Shown: piece after piece, positions 46,972-56,092 of the stretch
How the letters are laid out: each line of letters opens with the position of its first letter
Position numbering within the stretch: position 1 is the first letter of the stretch
Source of the DNA: Candidatus Micrarchaeota archaeon
Lineage (GTDB): Archaea; Micrarchaeota; Micrarchaeia; Anstonellales; Bilamarchaeaceae
Assembly (NCBI GenBank): GCA_043821365.1
Contig: JBDRCX010000002.1
Span: 96,001 to 160,000, forward strand
DNA: 64,000 nucleotides
Reading direction: 5' to 3'
The notes under the pieces: generated by a model
Databases searched by the model: none
Seen by the model: only the letters and a program-made list of their open reading frames with translations
Told to the model about the DNA's origin: nothing
Translations under genes and position numbers: made by a program

Positions 46972-48215
46972 TTTCTTTTATGTATTATTGAATTTAACAA
47001 TGGCAGTTCACTTACAGTGATGTAAGTTGCATCTGCTGCTTTTCTTATTTCATCTATTGGTACTAAATCTGCAAATACCCTCCCAGTTGCCCTTACTGAT
47101 TCATAATCGAGTACGTTTCCTGCACTGTGTTTTAATTCTCCGGGAGTTAGATCAAGTATTTTTGGTAGATCCTTTACTTCGCATATCCCAGCTCCTAAAA
47201 GTACTAACCTTACTACTTCTCTTGCGGCATTGCTATGTTCATTATTAAGATCCATATTATATCCAAATATCATAGCTAGGCTCATTGTTCCTGGACCATA
47301 TGCAATCTGACTGAGCATTGCAAATGCTTCATCCATCATACTATGAAAATTTAATCCATCTAAAAGATGGTGGGTTTTTTCGTGAACTGCTATTGTTTGT
47401 AATTGTGCATTTGTAATATTAACAAACCAAAGATCCGGATCATGGTGTGCGTGTTCCATAATTGCCTGATAAAACAATTTCCCGCCGAGTATCCCTATTA
47501 ATCCTTTGCGAAGTTGATTTACAAGTTGCGGATTTTGTGATGCTTCAATTAACGATCTCCTATCAATATCCTCAGATCCAATGCGCTGTGACCTTTCATG
47601 GCTATCTCCTATACTATCTACAACCGATGTAGTCAGACCAACAGCTCTCGAAACATCTAAAAGTATTAATGGTTCGCATTCTCCTTCACGGGAGTAACAC
47701 TCACCCATATTTCCAGATCCTATATCAACATAACGAACATACGCATATAATCTAGTATCACCGATTGTTTTTGCTTCATTTATAACAGGGCCAACAGAAC
47801 CTTTACCATCTCCTATTGCTATTCCATTCCTTGCAAACGTCCTATGTATTCTAGTGAGTTCTCTTCCAGTTATTCTTAGCCCAAGATAATTGTCTGTTCC
47901 TCTCATTTGCATTATGGCATTCTCTATTTCGTTTGCTGTTCCTCTGTCTCCACATCTGCTTGCTAACAATGCAACAGCTTCAAGATTTGAGATTGTGTCT
48001 AATACCCCGTTACTTACTATTTTTGTTCTATCTCGCATTAGTTCAAACCCAGAACTTCTTGTCAATGCACCTGTAAATGTTTGTTTTACTTTTGAGAATG
48101 CAATTGCAGCAGGCATCATAGCAGATTGGTATGGGGACATGTGTCCTGCTAAGTCTTGGGGTACATAGCATTTTCTATTTGTTTCTAACCTATTTCTAAG
48201 TCTATTAACTGACAT
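46968..48215 (-). CDS. Hypothetical protein with HExxH motif (possible zinc metallopeptidase)
   Basis: AVHEKTHH followed by DEAFA; hand count about 30 R versus 14 K. Confidence 0.55.
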   Translation of the reverse strand: MSVNRLRNRLETNRKCYVPQDLAGHMSPYQSAMMPAAIAFSKVKQTFTGALTRSSGFELMRDRTKIVSNGVLDTISNLEAVALLASRCGDRGTANEIENAIMQMRGTDNYLGLRITGRELTRIHRTFARNGIAIGDGKGSVGPVINEAKTIGDTRLYAYVRYVDIGSGNMGECYSREGECEPLILLDVSRAVGLTTSVVDSIGDSHERSQRIGSEDIDRRSLIEASQNPQLVNQLRKGLIGILGGKLFYQAIMEHAHHDPDLWFVNITNAQLQTIAVHEKTHHLLDGLNFHSMMDEAFAMLSQIAYGPGTMSLAMIFGYNMDLNNEHSNAAREVVRLVLLGAGICEVKDLPKILDLTPGELKHSAGNVLDYESVRATGRVFADLVPIDEIRKAADATYITVSELPLLNSIIHKRN

Positions 48216-48306
48216 TTGCGTGACTAGCCCTCCTTATAATCTGATAATTAGTATGTTACAGTTTAAATATTTTTATGTTGTACGATTTGGCTATTTTTAA
48301 AAAGTG

Positions 48307-48423
48307 TCCCGTCAGCCTGATTTGAACAAGCAACCTGTCGGTATCTACTGGTGTAGATAATTCTCGAAAAAACCGAGTAAATCAAAGCTACAGCCGACCG
48401 CTCTACCGTTGAGCTATGACGGG
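48307..48423 (-). tRNA. tRNA-Tyr(GTA) with 45-nt canonical 37/38 intron (48343-48387); no encoded CCA
   Basis: C1:G72 acceptor CCCGTCA/TGACGGG, A73, anticodon arm GTCGG-CTGTAG|A-CCGAC; BHB helix CUGU/GUAG. Confidence 0.93.
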
Positions 48424-48472
48424 ATGAGAAAGAAAAATACTGGGAAGTTTTTATAAAGATACCTTAAGACAG

Positions 48473-50080
48473 TTACTTTTCTATGAACACCGGAGTAATG
48501 CTTAATGGTACTGAATTTGCTGATTTTTGATCTGGATTCTTTATCATCGGACTATTTCCATTCATCTCTGTTACTATGTATGTTATCTCAACAGTTCCAC
48601 TTCCAAGATAACTGCTTAAATCTGTTTCTACTTCACTTTCGTTAAAGTTCCATGCAACATAAACTTCTGTTCCATTTACATCAAATTCAAACAATCTTGT
48701 GTTATTAAAACTAAGATCATCAACATCCCCAATTGTAAAGTCTCCTAGTTTTTCTCTCATTATTTTATAAGTATAATAATTTGGTTTTGTGTCTCTTAGT
48801 GCCATGTGATACCAAGGTCCTGTCCAGTAACCCCCACCTTGATTTCCACCTATCCCCCAATGCTGTCTTTCAAGACCCATCGCAGCACTCATAGCATGGA
48901 ATTTCACTACATATTCAGCATCTTCTTTGTCTGTAGCTGTACCAAAATATGAATCTCCTGCAGGATCATCCGGTCTGTCAGCAGGATTCTTGAATGCTCC
49001 TCCTCCTTCTATGCACCATATTGGTTTTTCATAACCATATTTTTTCATCGTGTCTTTTACATATTCGATTTCCCCTTCCATGAATGTTTCCTTCTCAACA
49101 TAAAGATGAAGATCAACAATGTCAAAATAATCTTTCCCATCTCTAAGTATCTTTTCCCAGCTTTCTTTTCCATTTTGCAATGCTGTACTATTATTTAGTT
49201 GTCCTCTTGTAAATTTGATTCCTTTCCACACCCCAGCATCAGGATCATCTATGTATCCCTCAGAGTAAGCATAAAGTCTCCCAAAATTAGGCATATATAG
49301 TCCAGGAATCATAATCTTTGCATCAGGATTTGCCTGCTTTATGGAAGGTGAGAGTTTCTTTAAAAATGCAAGGTATTCATCAGGATCTTCGGCATGCCAT
49401 TCCTCAACAATGTGGTGAACTCTTACTGAGTATTTTAGACCTGGCATATCGTCAATCCCATCACCATCATAACGTTCAGCGCATGCATTCACAAAATTAA
49501 CAAGATATGGCATTTTCTCATCATTCGGATCAAGTGGATCTATAGTAAGGCCATAGGTTTCTGGACCATTATACTCTCTGTTAAATGCTATGAAAGCATC
49601 ACCAATATTTCCTGATCCTCTTTCCTGCATTATTTCAAGTATTTTTCCTGCGACCTGAGCTCTTACTGCAGGATCAAAACTATTGTAAAGATAGGAATGT
49701 ACAATCGTAATATCAGCGTCTATCTCCTGTAGCCATTTTACTTCTTCATCTAGTTTAGACCAGTCATATACTCCAGGTTCTTTTTCTATTTGGAACCAAA
49801 TCGCATGTGGCTGTAGGGAAGCCCAAGACATACCCAAATCTTTCACATAACTCGTTTCATCTTTGCTTATTATGCTCCATCCAAAGAACATATTCTTGTT
49901 GTCGAATGGATATGGTTTTACTGTTGTATTCGTAATTTGACTTAAATTTTGTGTAGTGTTATTTGTTGAAATTTGGTTTGAAATATTGACTCCAGTTTGT
50001 TGGTTTCTCCCTCCGCACCCTGCCATAAGCAGATTCAACAAAACAAGCGCAATAATCAGCGCTCCAAACTGCCTTGCCAT
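48473..50080 (-). CDS. Lipoprotein with clan GH-A-like glycoside hydrolase domain
   Basis: LMAGC lipobox, N/T/Q-rich linker, W..IEKEPGVYDWSKLD, VEEW (acid/base candidate), DIVDLHLY, IWCIEGG (nucleophile candidate). Confidence 0.7.
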   Translation of the reverse strand: MARQFGALIIALVLLNLLMAGCGGRNQQTGVNISNQISTNNTTQNLSQITNTTVKPYPFDNKNMFFGWSIISKDETSYVKDLGMSWASLQPHAIWFQIEKEPGVYDWSKLDEEVKWLQEIDADITIVHSYLYNSFDPAVRAQVAGKILEIMQERGSGNIGDAFIAFNREYNGPETYGLTIDPLDPNDEKMPYLVNFVNACAERYDGDGIDDMPGLKYSVRVHHIVEEWHAEDPDEYLAFLKKLSPSIKQANPDAKIMIPGLYMPNFGRLYAYSEGYIDDPDAGVWKGIKFTRGQLNNSTALQNGKESWEKILRDGKDYFDIVDLHLYVEKETFMEGEIEYVKDTMKKYGYEKPIWCIEGGGAFKNPADRPDDPAGDSYFGTATDKEDAEYVVKFHAMSAAMGLERQHWGIGGNQGGGYWTGPWYHMALRDTKPNYYTYKIMREKLGDFTIGDVDDLSFNNTRLFEFDVNGTEVYVAWNFNESEVETDLSSYLGSGTVEITYIVTEMNGNSPMIKNPDQKSANSVPLSITPVFIEK

Positions 50081-50182
50081 ATATCAATTATAAACCACTA
50101 CATTATTTAATGATTAAAATGAGTTTTTCCTCACCTTCATATTCTAGAAATGTTTATAATATCTTGAAATCTATTACTTATT

Positions 50183-50944
50183 ATGACTGAAAGAATGGTT
50201 GAACCAGAACGTGATCAAACTCAAACAAGCAGACGACTTTCTGTAGCTAATGATTTTGTAAGGCTTGCCATAAATATGATTCCAGAATTGAACAAAACTG
50301 GAAAAGTAAGCGCTGACGATATAAATTGTGTTACCCTATTCCAGTATGTTGCAAGGCACATGGAAGTTACTGCATTTTATCATATGAGGCGCCTTGCAGG
50401 TCAACCAACAGAGACACTATCCGATATTGCTGGAGTTAGTAGAACCACCAAGTTTGATTTGGATGATGCAAATCTTAGAACTGGTGATAGAAAATTTTAT
50501 ATTTTCAGAGGCAATGATCTTGATGGAATAAAAAAAGCAGTTGAAACACACGGTTCTGGTCTTGTGATATTTTTTGGACAGCGTTTTGGTCCAGAAGATG
50601 CACGCGAGCGTGCCGAATCAGAAATTAGTATAGTTGATGGTGACAAAACCTATGTTGCTGCCCATGTGGCATTTGCAATGAGTCCAGAATATTTGCATCT
50701 CATATTAGAAGATGAACACTGTAGGGTTAATTTTCAGGAGGGTAGTTCAACTTCTCAAAAAATAGGGTATAAACCTGCCAGTGAAGGTGGATTTGCTTTA
50801 ATACAGGCCCACACAGGTGATAGTGCAGCGACCATAGATGATCTTGATTATTATACAAGCAGGACCTTTGGAAGGTCTGCTTTAATCTTCATCCCTTCTG
50901 AGGAACTTGTTTCTGAGAACCAGACTGTGCTTGCGCAGCGTTAG
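50183..50944 (+). CDS. Hypothetical protein (Arg>Lys orphan)
   Basis: 253-aa ORF; hand count about 19 R versus 9 K. Confidence 0.6.
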   Translation: MTERMVEPERDQTQTSRRLSVANDFVRLAINMIPELNKTGKVSADDINCVTLFQYVARHMEVTAFYHMRRLAGQPTETLSDIAGVSRTTKFDLDDANLRTGDRKFYIFRGNDLDGIKKAVETHGSGLVIFFGQRFGPEDARERAESEISIVDGDKTYVAAHVAFAMSPEYLHLILEDEHCRVNFQEGSSTSQKIGYKPASEGGFALIQAHTGDSAATIDDLDYYTSRTFGRSALIFIPSEELVSENQTVLAQR

Positions 50945-51674
50945 TTATGACTGCAAAACCATCATAACCAACTCTCGTAAAAAAATCTACTAGGTATTCT
51001 TCAGTAACTACTTTTCTAACAGTTTCATCGGGGAATGGATTTGCATGAATAACATATCCATTTCCAGTTGATATTGCAGTGTGGTAAACCCAGTAATTAG
51101 TTCCTGGTAATGGAGCATCACTAGTGGAGGAATCTGCATATAAAAAGAAAATATAATCTCCTTCGTTGAGTGCTGCATTTACTCTAGCAGGATCTCTTAA
51201 GTATTCTTCAGTGTTATATACCGCACTAATTCCACCAAGTTGTTTGGCTAATTTAGTTGGCATACCACTTAGTTTTCTCCAATTGGTTCCAAATACCTCA
51301 GCATGTGCTAGGAACAACACCCCCAAACAATCAATTTCTTCGTGGCTTCTGCCTCCCCATCCATATTTCACGCCCAAATATCCTCTTGCAGCCAAAACTG
51401 TTGGGTTTGTTGTTTCTAGGGTTGGTGGTCTTACAAGTTCTGGTTCTTCTTTTGAAATTTCCACTATTGGTTGTTCTATCTTAACTTCATGCGTCAAAGT
51501 CTCTGGAGTTGGTGGTTTAGTTTTTTCTGTTTTAGGTGCGCATCCTACTAATATGGCAACGCTGGCAAGTGGTAGGATTGGGAGTGCTAGTTTTTCAAGA
51601 ATTGGCCTGGGTTGTTTCCAAGTTCTGGTTTGTGTTCTTTGATTTTCTTCCCTTCTTAATCTCAATATCTTCAA
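50889..51674 (-). CDS. NlpC/P60 family cysteine hydrolase lipoprotein
   Basis: ARGYLGVKYGWGG, IDCLG (Cys), YHTAI (His), VIHA (His); ILVGC lipobox; P/T/E linker. Confidence 0.82.
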   Translation of the reverse strand: MKILRLRREENQRTQTRTWKQPRPILEKLALPILPLASVAILVGCAPKTEKTKPPTPETLTHEVKIEQPIVEISKEEPELVRPPTLETTNPTVLAARGYLGVKYGWGGRSHEEIDCLGVLFLAHAEVFGTNWRKLSGMPTKLAKQLGGISAVYNTEEYLRDPARVNAALNEGDYIFFLYADSSTSDAPLPGTNYWVYHTAISTGNGYVIHANPFPDETVRKVVTEEYLVDFFTRVGYDGFAVITNAAQAQSGSQKQVPQKG

Positions 51675-51774
51675 CCCTTTCTAGATGTGTTGATAAATAG
51701 TATAATATGTTGGGAATTTAAATGTTTATTTTTTATCTAATTCCAGTTTTAATCTTTCTATACAATATCGTTTC

Positions 51775-52179
51775 ATGGATTTCATGGCAACAATACTACA
51801 AAATTCAAAAACAATCGCAGTTGTTGGTCTTTCAGATAAAAAAGACCGTCCAAGTTTTGTTGTTGCTAGTTATCTTCTTGCAAAAGGCTATGTGATTTTT
51901 CCAGTAAATCCAAATCTCAGTGACTGGCGTGGAATTAAAGCATACAAATCACTTTCAGAAATTAAAGAAAAAATAGACATTGTTGATATTTTTAGAAAAA
52001 GTGAAGATGTGCTGCCAATTGTTCAAGAAGCAATTTCATTAAATCCAAAACCACAAACAATATGGATGCAATTAAGTGTGATTAATGAAGAAGCAGCTAA
52101 AATTGCCAGAAATGCTGGATTGAATGTAATCATGGACAAATGCATAAAGATTGAACATTCATTGCAAGCTTCCCAATAA
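51775..52179 (+). CDS. CoA-binding protein (YccU-like)
   Basis: IAVVGLS, RPS, PVNP, DIVDIFR, IWMQ, MDKCIKIEH. Confidence 0.92.
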   Translation: MDFMATILQNSKTIAVVGLSDKKDRPSFVVASYLLAKGYVIFPVNPNLSDWRGIKAYKSLSEIKEKIDIVDIFRKSEDVLPIVQEAISLNPKPQTIWMQLSVINEEAAKIARNAGLNVIMDKCIKIEHSLQASQ

Positions 52180-53730
52180 CATTTTTCTCATTTCTACAGG
52201 TTCTACTTGTTTTATTGCTTTTAATGTAGCATCAATTGCACTTTCACTGTCAGCATAAATGGTAAATAATTTATCTCCAATCTCTACTCTATCTCCTCTT
52301 ACTCTATGTAAAAACACACCTGCTCCTTTGTCTCTAGGAGAGCCTGCAATCCTTGCTATTTTTGCTATTGTTTTGTTGTCTATGTGGAATATGCTTCCTG
52401 CTACTTTTGATGTGATTGTGTGGGTATATGCACCAATTCGAATATCTGATGTTTTTACTTTTGGATTGCCACCCTGGAGTTCAACAATCTCTCTAAATTT
52501 GGCAAGTGCCTTTCCATTTTTAAGTGCAGTCTCAGCTACTTTGTAACCCCGACCTCTATCAACATTACCGCATAATTCAATTAATTTTCCTGCCAGAAGT
52601 AAACTCTTATGTCTTAGGTCATCAGGACCTTTTCCTTCAAGAACATCTAGAACATCAATACATTCAAGAGCTGGTCCAACTCCATTTCCAACTGGTTCTG
52701 CTCCATCTGTTATTACTGATTCTATCTTTATCCCGAGTCTTTCGCCAACATCAATGAAATGTTTTGCTAATTCGTTTCCGCGTTCCATATATGGTACTTT
52801 TACTCCCCTTCCAACTGGTATGTCTATTATTGTGTATTCTGCACCAACACTCTTCTTCTTACCTAGAATACTTGCAAGAAGCATACCTTCTGGATCAAGA
52901 CTCAGAGGATGTCTAACTCGTATTAATTTATCATCAACAGGTGCAAGTCTCATTCCCCCTCCCCATACAATTGCACCTTTTGCTTTCAATACCATGGAGC
53001 GGAGCTCATCCATATTAAATGTAACGTCGGCAAGAACTTCCATAGTATCTGCAGTTCCTGAAGCTGAAGTAATTGATCGTGATGATGTCTTTGGCATGTA
53101 TAATCCAAGTGAAGTTATTATGGGTACAACAATCATTGTTGTTCTGTTTCCTGCAACTCCACCAATACAATGTTTATCAAGAATAGGGTGTTTACCTAAA
53201 TTCAATTGATCTCCTGATTCTACTGTTGCTTCAGCTAATGAAATTATTTCATCATCAGTGAAACCATTTATGTATGCTGCAGCAATCCATGCAGATGTTT
53301 CAATCTCACTTAATTTGTCTTGCATTATCTCTTTGACAATCGTTCTTATCTCATGTGAATTCAAAGGTATATTATCTAATTTTTTCTTTATATAAGATGT
53401 TGATTCTGGTCTGTCCATGTGAACTATTTCGACCAAGTCTCCTTTCTTTAACTTGTGCCAATTAGTAAGATCCCTGAAAATCCCAACCTCTCCGGGTTCA
53501 ACTATCTCGTCACTTACATCCACTATCGTTATTATGCCTTTTCCATCGTGTTTTAGCTCTGTTCTGTATCCCCAATACATATCATGCTCTTGGGCCTCTG
53601 TTTTGTTCAGTACAATGATATTTTTACCAGTAAATATATCTATTGGTTTTACTTTACATACGTACTTTTTCAGTTTCCAAACATCAACTTTTTTTGTTTC
53701 GCTTTCTACATATTCTGCCATCAAAATCAT
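52159..53730 (-). CDS. deoA: AMP phosphorylase (thymidine phosphorylase family)
   Basis: N-terminal extension, DKHCIGGVAGN, KTSSRSITSASGTAD, KKKSVG, DIPVG. Confidence 0.92.
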   Translation of the reverse strand: MILMAEYVESETKKVDVWKLKKYVCKVKPIDIFTGKNIIVLNKTEAQEHDMYWGYRTELKHDGKGIITIVDVSDEIVEPGEVGIFRDLTNWHKLKKGDLVEIVHMDRPESTSYIKKKLDNIPLNSHEIRTIVKEIMQDKLSEIETSAWIAAAYINGFTDDEIISLAEATVESGDQLNLGKHPILDKHCIGGVAGNRTTMIVVPIITSLGLYMPKTSSRSITSASGTADTMEVLADVTFNMDELRSMVLKAKGAIVWGGGMRLAPVDDKLIRVRHPLSLDPEGMLLASILGKKKSVGAEYTIIDIPVGRGVKVPYMERGNELAKHFIDVGERLGIKIESVITDGAEPVGNGVGPALECIDVLDVLEGKGPDDLRHKSLLLAGKLIELCGNVDRGRGYKVAETALKNGKALAKFREIVELQGGNPKVKTSDIRIGAYTHTITSKVAGSIFHIDNKTIAKIARIAGSPRDKGAGVFLHRVRGDRVEIGDKLFTIYADSESAIDATLKAIKQVEPVEMRKMLLGSLQ

Positions 53731-53731
53731 C

Positions 53732-54652
53732 TCATTCGTATAATCTTATTCCTAGTTTTTGAGTTGCCATTGTAAAAAATGATTGTGGGGGTATAACTCC
53801 TAATTCAGTTATATACCCATTAATGTATTTTGACGATGTTGCCTCAAATGCCGGGTTCTTTATCTTTACTCTCTTTGGTGCTCTATCCCAAACTTCTTTA
53901 TGGTCCCTTTCCTCTATTTTTTCTCTAGTTCCAAATATTGTCATTGGACTGTATTTTGATAGTTCGGCTGCACTATAGAAAGAAACATCATTTGTTTTTG
54001 CAATGTGTGCTAGTGTTGCAGTGCCTATTTTATTTATCAAATCCCCTCTTGAAGTTATCGAGTCAGCACCAACTATCACAATATCTGCTTTTTTCATGAA
54101 AAGATGCATTGCACCATCAACTGCCAAAGTAACATCTATGCCTGCTTTGGCCAATTCTGCTGCTGTAACCCTCCCTTGATATCTTGGTCTCGTTTCAAAT
54201 GCAACAACTTTGAATTTTTTCCTCATTTTTTTAGCCTGAATTAATATCCTTGTTGTAGTTGAAGAATGGCAGTGAGTTAATACTAATGCACCATCTGGTA
54301 TTAGTTTTGCGCCGTACTCTGCCAGGTTTTTTGCATCAACTTCCATTTTTTTAACTACTTCTTTTTCATGCAAGACCAGAAGTTTAACAAGTGATTGCAC
54401 AGGTACTTTCTCTTTTTTTATTTTTTCTAAACCTTGGCTCAAAAGGTTGCGCATCATTGGTTCTGTTGGCCTACTAAGAAAAAGTGCATCGACTGTTTTG
54501 TTCATTTCCTGGTAAAATGATGTTGGTGTTTTTGCCTTAGAATGTTTTGCAGCTATTGCCAATCCTTTAATTGCCATTTTTGCAACGTTTCTTGCTCCCT
54601 GGATTTTTAAGGATTTTATGTCGTCTATTATCCTTTTCACATCTCTATGCAT
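53732..54652 (-). CDS. Ribose-1,5-bisphosphate isomerase (eIF2B alpha/beta/delta family)
   Basis: IQGA, RPTEP, THCHSS (catalytic Cys), ETRPRYQG, VGADSI, NKIGT; adjacent to AMP phosphorylase. Confidence 0.88.
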   Translation of the reverse strand: MHRDVKRIIDDIKSLKIQGARNVAKMAIKGLAIAAKHSKAKTPTSFYQEMNKTVDALFLSRPTEPMMRNLLSQGLEKIKKEKVPVQSLVKLLVLHEKEVVKKMEVDAKNLAEYGAKLIPDGALVLTHCHSSTTTRILIQAKKMRKKFKVVAFETRPRYQGRVTAAELAKAGIDVTLAVDGAMHLFMKKADIVIVGADSITSRGDLINKIGTATLAHIAKTNDVSFYSAAELSKYSPMTIFGTREKIEERDHKEVWDRAPKRVKIKNPAFEATSSKYINGYITELGVIPPQSFFTMATQKLGIRLYE

Positions 54653-54685
54653 GTCTTACTAACAGATGCTAAGAATAAATATGTT

Positions 54686-54979
54686 TCATTTTTTCTTTTT
54701 TAGAACTCCCTTTGCAATCTCATCTTCCATGAAAGCATAGGAAACTAGTTTTAATATGAAAAAACCAATGATGGCACCAATTGGTATTCCATAATAATAT
54801 GGTTCTGGAGTTAGGAATACATTTCTACTTGGTGGAAACACTGTTTCTCCAGGGTAGAAACTCCAGTGTATGTCAAAAATAAGAATTGCAATAAATGAAA
54901 TCAAGGCGCTAATGAAAATATAAATTACATCTGCAACTATCTCTTCTTTGCTTATTTTCTGCCGCTTCATGAAATACAA
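54686..54979 (-). CDS. Small two-TM membrane protein
   Basis: Two hydrophobic segments. Confidence 0.6.
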   Translation of the reverse strand: MYFMKRQKISKEEIVADVIYIFISALISFIAILIFDIHWSFYPGETVFPPSRNVFLTPEPYYYGIPIGAIIGFFILKLVSYAFMEDEIAKGVLKKKK

Positions 54980-55000
54980 ACTTCCTGTTTATTATTAATA

Positions 55001-55750
55001 CTAACGTGAAAAGTTCCAATCAGTGGATCGTATTCTCCTCATGACTATTTCCGCATCTTCAAGCTCTTTTTTGCTTAATTCTCCCGGTGTAACCTCTGTT
55101 TTGAATGCAGTTCCAAATCCTTTGATGACAGCATTTTTAGTTTCTTCAAATTCAATGTCTCTACCAAGAACACTCTTCACAGAGCATACGCGTTGTTTAA
55201 CATCACTCACTAATTTATCTCTTATCTTTTCATTTGGCACTTTTAAAAGTGAGAACATTTTTTCAACATCAACATCAAGAAGTAATGTTCCGTGTTGTAG
55301 AACTGATTTATGTCTTCTTGTTTGTGCGTTTCCAGATATTTTTTTCCCATTTGTTATTATATCATTTATTCCTGCGAATTGTGATTCTATGCCCAAGTTA
55401 CTCAAACCACCAATCACACCTGCACATATTTGCTTATAGCTTTCCAAAATATCCTTACTCACAGTTCCACTGCTTTCAGTACATACAAAACTGTATGTCA
55501 GTTCTTTATCATGGAAAACAGCCCCCCCGCCAGTTATCCTTCTTATACAATCAATTCCAAGTGATTTGCATCGGTCTACATCGACTTCTGCATTCATGCT
55601 TTGAAAATAGCCTATGGTTACTGTTGGCGGTTCCCAAGAATATATGCTTAAAGTCGGTATGTTAGTTTTATGTGCATTAAGTGCTATTGCTTCATCCATT
55701 GCCATATTAACAAAACCAGAATTCCTACTTCTATCAAGTAGTCTTATCAT
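55001..55750 (-). CDS. lplA: Lipoate-protein ligase / octanoyltransferase catalytic subunit (LplA/LipM family)
   Basis: NMAMDEA, RRITGGGAVFHD, NDI, KKISGNAQ, QHGTLL. Confidence 0.9.
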   Translation of the reverse strand: MIRLLDRSRNSGFVNMAMDEAIALNAHKTNIPTLSIYSWEPPTVTIGYFQSMNAEVDVDRCKSLGIDCIRRITGGGAVFHDKELTYSFVCTESSGTVSKDILESYKQICAGVIGGLSNLGIESQFAGINDIITNGKKISGNAQTRRHKSVLQHGTLLLDVDVEKMFSLLKVPNEKIRDKLVSDVKQRVCSVKSVLGRDIEFEETKNAVIKGFGTAFKTEVTPGELSKKELEDAEIVMRRIRSTDWNFSR

Positions 55751-56040
55751 TCGCTCACCAACGCGTTACGAACTGCAAATGCAATACTTTTTGCATCAAC
55801 TCCTATGAGTCTTGCTCCAGTTACGTTAATTGCAGTTTCTATTTTTTCCACAAGTTCATTTTCATCTGTTTGTTTATTACATTCGATTATTGATTTTTCA
55901 ATTTCCATGATGCTTTCTTCAGGATGGATGAAAAAGTCTCCCGTGATATTAATTTTCTCTATTCGTTCCCCCTCTAATTCGGCAATCACCCGCAACATCT
56001 TACCATTTGGGATTTTGTAAATAAAAGTCTTAGATACCAT
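55747..56040 (-). CDS. lplB: Lipoate-protein ligase accessory subunit (LplB / C-terminal domain)
   Basis: KIPNGKMLRV, ITGDFFIHPEE; ATG at 56040 preferred. Confidence 0.82.
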   Translation of the reverse strand: MVSKTFIYKIPNGKMLRVIAELEGERIEKINITGDFFIHPEESIMEIEKSIIECNKQTDENELVEKIETAINVTGARLIGVDAKSIAFAVRNALVSE

Positions 56041-56092
56041 AATACCTATATCCACCCTCTTCATTTTAAATTCTTTGAAGAAATCTCATTAT

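Noticed and set aside
46968-51674. tRNA-Tyr-anchored integrative element or provirus
   Set aside because: No integrase, no duplicated tRNA 3' end (att site) and no viral hallmark genes recognised
52159-54652. Missing RuBisCO interpreted as an incomplete pathway
   Set aside because: rbcL is often unlinked; absence from a 64-kb window is uninformative
53732-54652. Translation factor eIF2B subunit or MTR-1-P isomerase call
   Set aside because: Adjacency to AMP phosphorylase and the THCHS motif favour R15P isomerase
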